Assembly: GCA_965277285.1 (NCBI GenBank)
Contig: OZ255721.1
Coordinates: 992,001 to 1,056,000 of the forward strand
Source of the DNA: Abditibacteriaceae bacterium
GTDB taxonomy: Bacteria; Armatimonadota; Abditibacteriia; Abditibacteriales; Abditibacteriaceae
Direction of reading: 5' to 3'
Length of the DNA stretch: 64,000 nucleotides
The position numbers and the translations under genes were made by a program. The notes beneath the pieces were generated by a model, which worked only from the letters and a program-made list of their open reading frames with translations, searched no databases and was not told the DNA's origin. Positions 50,564-60,001 of this stretch are shown here, in pieces; positions within the stretch are counted from its first letter, which is position 1; each line of letters starts with the position of its first letter.

Positions 50564-50625
50564 AAATATAGAGGTGCAATCGAGTACTCGATTGCACTTT
50601 TTCGCGTGTTATTCCAAGCTTGCGA

Positions 50626-51423
50626 TCAGCGAATGCAAACCACGTCGGGAACTGGCCATGAACCGCTGACATCGCGGTTTTCTTTTGAGGTTTGCAGCGA
50701 GATTTGTGTGGAACCGCCGCCATCGAGATTCAAGGCGTTGGGGCAACTTAAATTGTCGCGCCACACTGTTTGCCAGGCGGCAAACGAAAGTTCGCCATCG
50801 GCAATCGCAATCACGACGCGCCCGTTGCTGTCGATTCCCAGTGCGGTCCGCCGCGCCCATTGTGGTTTAAGTGTGGTGAATTGACCGTTCACGACCAGGC
50901 GCGGGCCGCATTGAATCGCTTCGAGGACGCGATGCGTTTTGCCTTGCGCGCGCAAGCTTTGGTAATCGCGCGTGTGAATGATGCGAGCGGCACTGCCTTC
51001 AACCAAAAACACGCCCCAATCGGCGGGATGCAAATCTGAAGTGCGCTTGTTGCCCGAAATGCGCAATCCCAAAGGATGACCTTCGGGATCGAAATAGCCG
51101 CCATTGACAACCGCAGTCGCACCGATTTTCTGTCGCCATTCGTCCGCCGTCAGCTTCGCGCCGCCTACAATGTGCACGCGCGACGGCAAAGCGCGCACTG
51201 CGATAATTTTCACCGCTAAATCCTGATCGGAAGCCGCAGTTTGGAACTCGCGCAAAGCGACATTTGGCGCAACTGTTTTCCAAGAAGTTGCGGCGCCGCT
51301 GGCCAGAGACGCGTCCGCGCGCGAAGTCTTAGTTTCCATTGCGGCACGACGCGCATTGCAACCGCTCAAAACCATCATGCATAGCACTACACACCAAATT
51401 GTTCCACAAAGAAATTGTCGCAT
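50626..51423 (-). CDS. Phosphodiester glycosidase (NAGPA-like) family lipoprotein
   Basis: NGGYF, GPRLV, RTALG, ALNLDGGGST. Confidence 0.85.
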   Translation of the reverse strand: MRQFLCGTIWCVVLCMMVLSGCNARRAAMETKTSRADASLASGAATSWKTVAPNVALREFQTAASDQDLAVKIIAVRALPSRVHIVGGAKLTADEWRQKIGATAVVNGGYFDPEGHPLGLRISGNKRTSDLHPADWGVFLVEGSAARIIHTRDYQSLRAQGKTHRVLEAIQCGPRLVVNGQFTTLKPQWARRTALGIDSNGRVVIAIADGELSFAAWQTVWRDNLSCPNALNLDGGGSTQISLQTSKENRDVSGSWPVPDVVCIR

Positions 51424-51563
51424 CGCCGGTCATTTTATCAGGATTGAAGAGCGACCTCGAAACCTCTTAGCCAAGAAAAGAACACGGCGCTGCACGACAC
51501 GGATAACGCCGTGTCCTAAAATTCCATGTCCCACTTTCGGGACGGTTTCCTAAACTGCACTTC

Positions 51564-52526
51564 GTGAACCTGATTTATCTTTTTTCCGAAACGGGCATCG
51601 CGTTGCTCTTTATGGCTTGCGTCGCTTTTTCGTGGCGCAAGGTGCAACAGGACAACGCGCGCGAAATCAGCGTCGTCTTGTCCGCTGCGCTTTTCGCCGC
51701 GCTTTTTGAAAACCTCAATGTTTTGCAGGTTCACGGACGCGGCTCTTATTCCTACAACGCGAAATTTCACGTTTTTATCGGGCAAGTGCCACTTTTCATC
51801 ATCCTGGCGTGGAGCGTGATTTTGTGGACAGCAATGCAAATTTCTGCTTCGACGACGTTGCGCATACGCTACAAAATCATCGGCGATGCGGTTCTCGCTG
51901 TGTTGCTCGACTTGAGTTTCGATGCGACGGCGATTCGTCACGATTTCTGGTTCTGGCACGGTTTCGCGTTCAATCAGGGATGGTTTGGCGTTCCGGCAGG
52001 CAACTTTTTCGGCTGGATGTTTGTCGCGCTCGCCTTTTCGTTTTGCACGCGCAGCCTCGATTGGTGCGTTCAAAACGGCAAACTTCAAGCGCGATTTCGT
52101 GCCTTCATCCAACTGGTTTTGGTGCCGATTGTGGCGTTTGTTTTTTATCGCGCGGTGGAAGCGACCAACAACGCAATGTTGACAATTTTCGGATGGCGCG
52201 CCGATTTACCATCAACAGACCGCTTCGCGCTGGGCATTTTCTTCGCGCAGTTTTTCGCGTTGATGTTGTGGACGGTCTTTTGGACAGGACGACCGCGCAC
52301 AACGACAATCGAGTACTCGAATGCGCAAACTGAAGTTCATTTCGCACGAATGTGTCGCATTTTCTTTCATGGATTTGCGCTTTGTGGTTTGTTCGCACTG
52401 CCAGTTTCATCGCTTTTGGCTCAACAAAAACCCGCGCTGTTGGCAGTCGCGGGTTTGGTTTGTCTGCTGGATTGGGGTTATGAAAAACGTTTGCGCACCA
52501 AACGCGTTATTTCCCGTGCGCCTTGA
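51564..52526 (+). CDS. Carotenoid biosynthesis (CruF/DUF422-like) membrane protein
   Basis: GQVPLFIILAW, DLSFD, W.W, FGVPAGNFFGW. Confidence 0.7.
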   Translation: MNLIYLFSETGIALLFMACVAFSWRKVQQDNAREISVVLSAALFAALFENLNVLQVHGRGSYSYNAKFHVFIGQVPLFIILAWSVILWTAMQISASTTLRIRYKIIGDAVLAVLLDLSFDATAIRHDFWFWHGFAFNQGWFGVPAGNFFGWMFVALAFSFCTRSLDWCVQNGKLQARFRAFIQLVLVPIVAFVFYRAVEATNNAMLTIFGWRADLPSTDRFALGIFFAQFFALMLWTVFWTGRPRTTTIEYSNAQTEVHFARMCRIFFHGFALCGLFALPVSSLLAQQKPALLAVAGLVCLLDWGYEKRLRTKRVISRAP

Positions 52527-53055
52527 CGGTGATAAAAACGGGCGCTGCCGTCAAGCGTTGCTCGATGCTTTTGAGGCGCGCGTCAAGACGATAAACGCCA
52601 GGCGCCAACGCTTGTCCGTTGTTGTCTTTGCCGTTGTTATCCTTGCTGTCCCACACAGCGCTGTAAACTTGCGTTTTTCCAGCGTCGAGCGATTCTTCGC
52701 GCACCATCATAGTGAACCTGAGGCCGCGCGCCCATTCCCAGACCGGCGTTCCCTGCGCCGACCACGCGATGACATCGAAACTTTGTCCCGAACCGAAAGT
52801 CAGCGGTTGCGTTGTTTTGGAAACGTTGCGCACCGTCATTGTCAGATTGATTTTTTCACCGACAACATAAGTTTTCTTGTCAGTTTTTAACGAGAAAGTG
52901 ATGGGCGCACGCTTTGGTTTCATCGGTTTAGGTGTTGTGGTTGGCAAAGGCGCAGGTGTTGGAGTCGGCATTGATGAAGACGATGCGTGACTGGACACGA
53001 AAAACGAACTTGCGACGAAGAACGAAACGGCGAAAGCGAATCGAAAAGGTGTCAT
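52507..53055 (-). CDS. Secreted BsuPI-like proteinase inhibitor domain protein
   Basis: LTFGSGQSFD, VWEWARG.RFTM, WD..D..G..L.PG.Y. Confidence 0.75.
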   Translation of the reverse strand: MTPFRFAFAVSFFVASSFFVSSHASSSSMPTPTPAPLPTTTPKPMKPKRAPITFSLKTDKKTYVVGEKINLTMTVRNVSKTTQPLTFGSGQSFDVIAWSAQGTPVWEWARGLRFTMMVREESLDAGKTQVYSAVWDSKDNNGKDNNGQALAPGVYRLDARLKSIEQRLTAAPVFITVKAHGK

Positions 53056-53167
53056 AATTTCTCCTGATTTTGTGTTGACCGAAGTTTTTCGTCGCCAAAT
53101 AGTGTATCCTTTTTGCGAGGCGACAAAGACATCGAGTACTGGAATTCCGGCGCCCAGAGCAACGATT

Positions 53168-53710
53168 ATGAGCGAAACTGAAAACACCGAACCGACACTT
53201 TCGAGCGAACGAATTTATGAAGGGCGCATTATCAATTTGCGTCAAGACACGATTTTGATGCCGTCGGGGCGCGAAGCCAAGCGCGAAATTGTCGAGCATC
53301 ACGGCGCGGTTTGTGTAGTGCCCGTTTTGGACGATGGACGCATTGCCCTGGTTCGCCAATATCGCAAGCCCGCCGAACAAGTTTTGCTGGAAATTCCCGC
53401 TGGCGGACTGGAGCCGAACGAAGCGCCCATCGACGCCGCGCGCCGCGAACTGATCGAAGAATGTGGCCTGCGCGCCGGAAAATTGACGCTGCTCTTCTCG
53501 TGCTTCCTCGCGCCCGGCTATTCGACCGAATGCATTGGTTGTTTTCTGGCCGAACAATTGACGGAAACTGACACCGATCCCGACGAAGACGAGATTGTGG
53601 ACACGCACTTTTACCAACTGGACGAGCTTTTGCCGATGATTGATGATGGCCGCATCTGCGATTCAAAAACCATCGCGGGATTGTTGGCGTTGTATCGTCG
53701 CCGCCAATAA
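53168..53710 (+). CDS. NUDIX hydrolase (ADP-ribose pyrophosphatase-like)
   Basis: LVRQYR, EIPAGG..E....AARRELIEECG. Confidence 0.88.
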   Translation: MSETENTEPTLSSERIYEGRIINLRQDTILMPSGREAKREIVEHHGAVCVVPVLDDGRIALVRQYRKPAEQVLLEIPAGGLEPNEAPIDAARRELIEECGLRAGKLTLLFSCFLAPGYSTECIGCFLAEQLTETDTDPDEDEIVDTHFYQLDELLPMIDDGRICDSKTIAGLLALYRRRQ

Positions 53711-53784
53711 ATATTCACCGCCAAGAGCGCGAAGAAAATAGCCACAAAGAAGCACAAAAGTAAGATTCGAGTACTCGAAACTCG

Positions 53785-53874
53785 CAGTTTGGTGATTCTG
53801 AGCGAAGCGAATAATCTGACTTCTGGTTTGGATTCTTCGCACTGCCAAAAGGCACGTTTTAGAACGACAAACTG
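53785..53874. repeat. Degenerate family B inverted pair
   Basis: gtttggtgattctgagcgaagcgaataatct ... gattcttcgc...agaacgacaaac. Confidence 0.6.
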
Positions 53875-53924
53875 TCAACTCTTCAACTTTTCCGACGCAT
53901 CTCTGCGCTTCAATTTCAACGAAA

Positions 53925-54395
53925 ATGCGCTTAATTCTGGATCATTTCAACATCGTCGTTGCGGATATGAGGCGTTCGGTCGCGTTTTATTGTGATGTGC
54001 TGGGGTTGAAACAAACCTTTCAAGCCACGCTCGAAGGCGATTGGATCGAGCGCGTTACCGGCTTGAAAGGAACACGCGCGCATTGTGTTTTCCTGCAATT
54101 GCCAAACGTCGATGTGCGCTTGGAATTGCTTCAATATCAAGTTCCGCAAGGTGCAAACGTCACAGAGAATAGCGCACCAAACACGATTGGCTTGCGGCAC
54201 TTCGCGCTGGAAACCGACGACATGGACGCCTTGATTGCCAGGTTGCAAAAGGCCAGCGTCCCGTTCGTTTCGCCGCCGATCACGGTGCCGTTTCCCGTTG
54301 GAAATCGCGGCACCAAGCGCTTGTGTTATTTCTACGATCCGGACGGCGTTTTGTTGGAAATAGCGACGTATTCGAGTACTCGAAGCGCAGAATAA
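53925..54395 (+). CDS. VOC/glyoxalase family protein
   Basis: DHFNIVVADM..SVAFY..VLG, HFAL, YDPDGVLLE. Confidence 0.88.
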   Translation: MRLILDHFNIVVADMRRSVAFYCDVLGLKQTFQATLEGDWIERVTGLKGTRAHCVFLQLPNVDVRLELLQYQVPQGANVTENSAPNTIGLRHFALETDDMDALIARLQKASVPFVSPPITVPFPVGNRGTKRLCYFYDPDGVLLEIATYSSTRSAE

Positions 54396-54397
54396 AC

Positions 54398-55522
54398 TCA
54401 GTCGAATGCGGCGCGTACGACGCGGGCAACTTCTTCGATTTCTTCGTTCCGCAATTCGGGAAAAATCGGCAGCGAAAAGACTTCGCGGCAGGCGCGTTCC
54501 GATTGCGGAAAAGAGCCTTCGCCCAAACCCAGACTTTCATAAACCGTTTGGCGATGCAATGGCACCGGATAATAAATCGCCGAGCCGATTTTCGCCGTCG
54601 TCAATTTGTCAATCAGTTCATCGCGTCGCGGCGAGCGCAACGTATATTGATGATAAACGTGACCGTTTCCGGCGCGCTCGTCGGGAAAACCGAGCGGCAA
54701 ATCGCCCAACAATTCTTTGTAGCGCACGGCATGAGCGCGGCGCAGATCGTTCCAGCGTGTCGAGTGTGGCAATTTTACGCTCAGAATGGCGGCTTGCATC
54801 GCATGCAGACGCGAATTGTAGCCAACTTCGTCATGGTAATAGCGACGCTTCATGCCGTGCATTCGCAACATTTGCACATGCTCGGCCAAAGCATCGTCGT
54901 TGGTCGTGACAAGTCCACCTTCGCCCGCCGCACCTAAATTTTTTGAAGGAAAAAACGAGAACGCGCCCAAATCGGCCAGCGCGCCGCAATAAGTTTTTTC
55001 GCCATTTCGAGTACTCGATTGGTCTTCAACCCAGGCGCCCCACGCTTGCGCCGCATCTTCCAGAACGAAAAGATGGTGCTTCTTCGCAATCGCGTTGATT
55101 TCCGTCATCGGCGCTGGATGACCAAATAAATGAACCGGAATAATCGCTTTGGTGCGCGACGTAATCGCGGCTTCGATCAGGTTCGGATCGATGTTGAACG
55201 TGTCCACTTCGATGTCAACGAAAACCGGCGTGGCGCCTAAGAGCGACACGACTTCTGCGGTGGCAATAAAGGTGAACGGCGTCGTAATGACTTCATCGCC
55301 AGGCTTGACGCCCAGCGCGCGCAGCGACAGCAACAGCGCATCGGTGCCGTTGGCGACGCCAATTGCGTGACGAACACCCAAAAACTCGGCGGCCTGGCGC
55401 TCGAAGTTTTCCACGGCAGGGCCAAGCACAAATTGCCCGCTTTCGAGTACTCGAATCACAGCGTCATCGAGTTCGGCTTTGAGTTCTTGATATTGGCGCG
55501 TAAGATCGAAAAGAGGAACCAT
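54398..55522 (-). CDS. DegT/DnrJ/EryC1/StrS aminotransferase
   Basis: NGTDAL, EDAAQA, SFFPSKNLG, GYNSRL. Confidence 0.92.
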   Translation of the reverse strand: MVPLFDLTRQYQELKAELDDAVIRVLESGQFVLGPAVENFERQAAEFLGVRHAIGVANGTDALLLSLRALGVKPGDEVITTPFTFIATAEVVSLLGATPVFVDIEVDTFNIDPNLIEAAITSRTKAIIPVHLFGHPAPMTEINAIAKKHHLFVLEDAAQAWGAWVEDQSSTRNGEKTYCGALADLGAFSFFPSKNLGAAGEGGLVTTNDDALAEHVQMLRMHGMKRRYYHDEVGYNSRLHAMQAAILSVKLPHSTRWNDLRRAHAVRYKELLGDLPLGFPDERAGNGHVYHQYTLRSPRRDELIDKLTTAKIGSAIYYPVPLHRQTVYESLGLGEGSFPQSERACREVFSLPIFPELRNEEIEEVARVVRAAFD

Positions 55523-55564
55523 AACAAAAAAGAAGGCGGAAGAATGTTGGATGAAATCGTGCGG

Positions 55565-55596
55565 CTTCATCCTTCATCCTTCCGCCTTCATCCTTC
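55565..55596. repeat. Heptamer tandem repeat (cttcatc)n downstream of the tRNA
   Basis: cttcatccttcatccttccgccttcatccttc. Confidence 0.6.
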
Positions 55597-55602
55597 AAAA
55601 AC

Positions 55603-55675
55603 TGCCACGGGACGGACTTGAACCGCCGACACGTGGATTTTCAGTCCACTGCTCTACCACCTGAGCTACCGCGGC
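55603..55675 (-). tRNA. tRNA-Phe(GAA), CCA not encoded
   Basis: GCCGCGGTAGCTCAGGTGGTAGAGCAGTGGACTGAAAATCCACGTGTCGGCGGTTCAAGTCCGTCCCGTGGCA folds as a cloverleaf. Confidence 0.95.
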
Positions 55676-55715
55676 GAAAAACTCGCCTGTCCAACATCCT
55701 TCAACGTCTTCCAAC

Positions 55716-55766
55716 AAACCAAGCCCATCGGGAAACCAAGCCCATCGGGAAACCAAGCCCATCGGG
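55716..55766. repeat. 17-bp tandem repeat, three copies, upstream of tRNA-Phe
   Basis: (aaaccaagcccatcggg)x3. Confidence 0.9.
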
Positions 55767-55958
55767 GACGTGAGGACAATTTTAACCGTCCACGCGATTT
55801 GGCGCAAGGCTATCACCCAATAATTAAATCGAGCGGTACAAATTTTCTTTTCATACAGTTAAAATTGTCGCGCGGAGCCGCTTTAAATTGCCGCGCAGGT
55901 TGCCGAAATCGCGCGGCGCGGCTAACCTCAACTTATCCCCTCGCACAAGGAAAAATTT

Positions 55959-56435
<477 letters not shown>

Positions 56436-56447
56436 GAGACAAACCCG

Positions 56448-56482
56448 AAAGCGTTCCGCAACTCTGCGCGGAACGCTTTTTT
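56448..56482 (+). terminator. Intrinsic terminator
   Basis: aaagcgttccgc-aactctgc-gcggaacgctttttt. Confidence 0.8.
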
Positions 56483-56515
56483 CGTTTATAGAGTAAGAAC
56501 CTATCCTGCTAACCA

Positions 56516-56656
56516 TTGCCTGCGAGTGAACTCGCGGCTGAGCGACTTACGCCGGAGCGGCAGCCTGCGCCGACGCCAGAGTGCTTTCAATGTTGCGTCG
56601 GCGCGGGCCGCCGCTTCCGTCGCAGACGGTTGAGCCGTGAGTTCACTCGCAGGCAA
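56516..56656. repeat. Long imperfect hairpin element of about 140 nt
   Basis: ttgcctgcgagtgaactcgcggct ... agccgtgagttcactcgcaggcaa, with inner stem gcgccgacgc/gcgtcggcgc. Confidence 0.7.
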
Positions 56657-56677
56657 CTAAAATCTTGGAGCCTTCAA

Positions 56678-56746
56678 TTTGTCATTCTGAAGCGCAGCGA
56701 AGAATCTGGTTGCAGTTAGATTCTTCGCTGCGCTCAGAATGACAAA
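56678..56746. repeat. Inverted repeat pair, family B
   Basis: tttgtcattctgaagcgcagcgaagaatct ... agattcttcgctgcgctcagaatgacaaa. Confidence 0.85.
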
Positions 56747-56797
56747 GTGCAGTTTTCCTACGTTGTTTTTCACTTTGCAATCACACTCGTAGACGCG

Positions 56798-56823
56798 GGA
56801 ACTTTTTCGGCTCAAAAGTTGTT
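56798..56823 (+). promoter_or_regulatory. Putative SigH/SigR-type ECF promoter
   Basis: GGAAC-N18-GTT upstream of the zf-HC2 gene. Confidence 0.35.
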
Positions 56824-56835
56824 CACTCTTTGCTC

Positions 56836-57096
56836 ATGTTTTTAACGATTTTAACCTGCAAAGAAAATCTGGCGCGTTTGGACGATTACCTTGACCGCGA
56901 ATTGTCGTCGCGCGAAATGCAATTGGTCGAGCGTCATTTGCGCATCTGCCATCAATGCGCGCGCGAGTTTCGCTTCGAGGTCGCCTTGCTGCACGACATC
57001 CGCGAAAAAGTGGCGCGCGTCGAAGTGCCAGGCGACCTTAAAGCAAAAATTTTCGCGGCGCTTCCCCATGAGCCGGAAGCAATCGAAAACACCTGA
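56836..57096 (+). CDS. Zinc-binding anti-sigma (zf-HC2, RshA-like) protein
   Basis: C....LDDYLDREL, HLRICHQC. Confidence 0.85.
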   Translation: MFLTILTCKENLARLDDYLDRELSSREMQLVERHLRICHQCAREFRFEVALLHDIREKVARVEVPGDLKAKIFAALPHEPEAIENT

Positions 57097-57152
57097 ATCG
57101 AGTACTCGAAACCAAAGCGCTCAATAACAAAGGGCGCTTTTTCGTGTCATAG

Positions 57153-57177
57153 GGAACTATTTGCCGCGCGCGTTGTT
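57153..57177 (+). promoter_or_regulatory. Putative SigH/SigR-type ECF promoter
   Basis: GGAAC-N17-GTT upstream of msrB. Confidence 0.35.
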
Positions 57178-57236
57178 TCATAAACAGACACCATCCCGCG
57201 AGACGACATCTCGCAAAACTTTTCAGGTGATTTGAA

Positions 57237-57797
57237 ATGAAAACGATGAACACTTCTTTCCTGCCCAAAACGCTGAGCGTTGCCGCTGTCGCAATCGCGC
57301 TGAGCGCCGTTGTCTGGCAGAACAACAATCGCGCCGAAGCCGCTAAAACCTCGATGCCGCGACCCGCAGCACCCTCGAAAACGCGCACCTTCCCGCCCGA
57401 TAATTCAACCGCGCCCTACGTTTTGAGCGACGCGCAATGGCGTAAAGTTTTGACGCCTGCGCAATACGACATTCTGCGCCAGAAAGGAACCGACCAGCCT
57501 TTCACCGGCTCGTATGAAAAAACCGTCGACGGCGTTTATCGTTGCGCGGGTTGCAACAACATCCTGTTTAGTTCCAGCACACAGTTCGATTCGGGAACTG
57601 GCTGGCCCAGCTTCTGGAAGCCGTTGCGCACACAAAGCGTTCACGTCAGCAAAGACGCCGACGGCGAGCGCGACGAAGTGACGTGCGCGCGTTGCGGCAG
57701 TCATCTGGGACACGTTTTTGATGACGGCCCGAAACCAACCGGCTTGCGCTATTGCATGGATCAAAACGCGCTGACTTTCCAAGCGACAAAGAAGTAA
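57237..57797 (+). CDS. msrB: Exported methionine-R-sulfoxide reductase
   Basis: Signal peptide; SGTGWPSF, HLGHVFDDGP, RYCM, two CxxC motifs. Confidence 0.92.
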   Translation: MKTMNTSFLPKTLSVAAVAIALSAVVWQNNNRAEAAKTSMPRPAAPSKTRTFPPDNSTAPYVLSDAQWRKVLTPAQYDILRQKGTDQPFTGSYEKTVDGVYRCAGCNNILFSSSTQFDSGTGWPSFWKPLRTQSVHVSKDADGERDEVTCARCGSHLGHVFDDGPKPTGLRYCMDQNALTFQATKK

Positions 57798-57798
57798 A

Positions 57799-57871
57799 CA
57801 GCGAACCCGAAGCGTCAGCGAGGGAGATGAGGTCGAAGGTAATCTTCCTCGCTGACGCTTCGGGTTCGCTG
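57799..57871. repeat. REPIN-like pair, family A
   Basis: cagcgaacccgaagcgtcagcgaggga ... ttcctcgctgacgcttcgggttcgctg. Confidence 0.85.
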
Positions 57872-57894
57872 GCATCGAGTACTCGATTACCACT

Positions 57895-58677
57895 ATGAAA
57901 CGACTTGAAAAGAAACATCCGTTGGCGATTCGTTGGTTTCACTGGATCAACTTTCCGGTTCTAATGATTATGATCTGGAGCGGATTGCTGATCTACTGGG
58001 CGAACGATATTTATAGCGTCCATATCGGTTCGCGCACGCTGTTTCATTTTTTCCCTGATGCGTTTTATCAGAAAACGCGCGCTGTGTTGCCAAACGGCGA
58101 CGGAACTTTTCATGGTCGCCTGGCTGAAGGTATGGCGTGGCATTTCTTTTTCATGTGGTTCTTCGCCATCAACGGTCTTTTGTATGTGCTTTATACGGCG
58201 TTTTCCGGCGAATGGCGCCATCTTCTGCCAGGCAAGAGCACGCTCAAAGAAGCGATTCAAGTCGTTCTGCACGATTTGCACTTGCGCAAGCAGCCGTTGC
58301 CACGACGCAAATTTAATGGCGCGCAGCAGATCGCGTATACGGGCATCGTTTTGATGGGGTTTGGCTCTCTGCTGACCGGCCTGGCGATTTATAAACCGAT
58401 TCAATTCGGCTGGATAACGGCGCCGTTCAACAACCTGATGTTTGGCGCGACCGGTTACAACGTGGCGCGCTTCATTCATTTCTGGCTGACCATTGGCTAT
58501 TGCGGATTTTTTGTGGTTCATGTTTCGCAAGTCGCGCGCGCCGGATGGAACAATTTCCGCGCGATGATCACAGGTTATGAAATCGTCTCCGACGAACCGG
58601 AAACAATTGTTGCGGAAACTCGCAGCGAACATGCGCCAAACGAGCATTTACCGGAAGTGCGGGCGCAAAATGCTTAA
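57895..58677 (+). CDS. Cytochrome b (Ni-hydrogenase/thiosulfate reductase-type) subunit
   Basis: RWFHWIN, WHFFF, ARFIHF, VVHV haem ligands. Confidence 0.85.
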   Translation: MKRLEKKHPLAIRWFHWINFPVLMIMIWSGLLIYWANDIYSVHIGSRTLFHFFPDAFYQKTRAVLPNGDGTFHGRLAEGMAWHFFFMWFFAINGLLYVLYTAFSGEWRHLLPGKSTLKEAIQVVLHDLHLRKQPLPRRKFNGAQQIAYTGIVLMGFGSLLTGLAIYKPIQFGWITAPFNNLMFGATGYNVARFIHFWLTIGYCGFFVVHVSQVARAGWNNFRAMITGYEIVSDEPETIVAETRSEHAPNEHLPEVRAQNA

Positions 58678-58694
58678 AAGCTGGGGAAATACGT

Positions 58695-58862
58695 ATGAAG
58701 CAAACTCTTGTTGCTCCCGTCGAAGATGCACCGTCCTGTTCGCTGGATGGCGCGAGTTGTCCGCCTTCGCACCGCGCCGCGCGCCGCATTTCAAAAGCAC
58801 TTATCGCCGTGTTAATTTTGTCCATTGTGGCGCTCACGATTTGGAATCATTTTGCTCATTGA
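58695..58862 (+). CDS. Small membrane protein (55 aa), absent from ORF track
   Basis: MKQTLVAPVEDAPSCSLDGASCPPSHRAARRISKALIAVLILSIVALTIWNHFAH fills the operon gap. Confidence 0.5.
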   Translation: MKQTLVAPVEDAPSCSLDGASCPPSHRAARRISKALIAVLILSIVALTIWNHFAH

Positions 58863-58880
58863 TGGCCAAGCTGGAAGATT

Positions 58881-59909
58881 ATGAATCCTGAAACTCCTCC
58901 CGAAGAAAACGCCGTCGCTGATCATACGCCTGTCGCTGAGCCCGAATTGGAGCGAGAAACCGCGCGCGAAATGTTAAGCGATGAACCGCAAAAGGCGCCT
59001 GTCAGCGCAGTCGTATCGCAGGTGCAAGCTGAAAGTGCGCCCGTGCTGCAAGTTGCGGCGACGCCTGTTGCGCCTGTTGCGCCTGTTGCGCCTGTTCCTC
59101 TGGTGGCGCCCGTTGTTGCGATGCCGGCAAAGGTTAGCGACGATGCGGAACGGCAAATGCGTCAAATGTCGCGGCGTAGTTTTCTGAGTGGCGCGTTGGC
59201 CGTTGGCGCAGCTTATGGTGGCTGGCATTGGTTGACGACGCGGCGCTTGGACAACGGCGTGCCGTGGCCTTTTCGTCGAGTACTCGATACCAATTCGCAG
59301 TTCGCTTTGGATTATTTTTCCGCTGGACGACTGGCACCGACGTTTCCGCTCTCGAAAGTCAGTGAAGAGCGCACCAATGGCGATATTGGGCTGGGCGACG
59401 ATTTCGACCCAAAAACCTGGCAACTGAACGTGTCCGGCCTGGCATCAGGGCAGCCTTTGATGTTGTCGATGGCGGACATCAAAAAGCTGCCACGCGTCGA
59501 GATGACGACCGAAATGAAGTGCATCGAAGGCTGGAGCATCATCGTTCATTGGGCGGGCGTGCGCTTTGTGGATTTTGCGGCGAAATATCCGCCCGCCACG
59601 CAAAGCGGCGATGCGCCAAACGTCAAGCATAAGTCGGACGATTTGCTGCCGTATGTCGGTTTATCAACGCCCGACAACACTTATTACGTCGGCATGGATA
59701 TGCCAAGCGCGCTGCATCCGCAAACGCTTTTGTGCTACGAAATGAACGGCAAACCTTTGACAGCCGAACATGGCGCGCCGCTGCGCTTGGTGACGCCCGT
59801 CAAATATGGCGTCAAGCACATCAAGCGCATCGGCAGCATCGAATACGCAACCAATCGCCCCGCCGATTACTGGGCCGAACAAGGCTACGATTGGTACGCC
59901 GGACATTGA
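58881..59909 (+). CDS. Molybdopterin-dependent oxidoreductase (sulfite oxidase/MsrP-like)
   Basis: Internal SRRSFL Tat-like motif; CIEGWS, HGAPLRL, KYGVK, WAEQGY. Confidence 0.88.
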   Translation: MNPETPPEENAVADHTPVAEPELERETAREMLSDEPQKAPVSAVVSQVQAESAPVLQVAATPVAPVAPVAPVPLVAPVVAMPAKVSDDAERQMRQMSRRSFLSGALAVGAAYGGWHWLTTRRLDNGVPWPFRRVLDTNSQFALDYFSAGRLAPTFPLSKVSEERTNGDIGLGDDFDPKTWQLNVSGLASGQPLMLSMADIKKLPRVEMTTEMKCIEGWSIIVHWAGVRFVDFAAKYPPATQSGDAPNVKHKSDDLLPYVGLSTPDNTYYVGMDMPSALHPQTLLCYEMNGKPLTAEHGAPLRLVTPVKYGVKHIKRIGSIEYATNRPADYWAEQGYDWYAGH

Positions 59910-59930
59910 TTTTCGCTTGTTCAAAGACGT

Positions 59931-59969
59931 AAGAACGCTCCCGAAGCTCATCTTCGGGAGCGTTCTTTT
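59931..59969. terminator. Intrinsic terminator between convergent genes
   Basis: aagaacgctcccgaag-ctcat-cttcgggagcgttctttt. Confidence 0.8.
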
Positions 59970-60001
59970 GGTTATCGAGTACTCGATTGCGACGACTCGG
60001 T

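Noticed and set aside
55603..55675. tRNA as an island attachment site
   Set aside because: No duplicated tRNA 3' end or nearby integrase seen in the window
58577..58891. 104-aa ORF between cytochrome b and the Mo-enzyme
   Set aside because: Overlaps both neighbours; the 55-aa ORF at 58695 in another frame fits better
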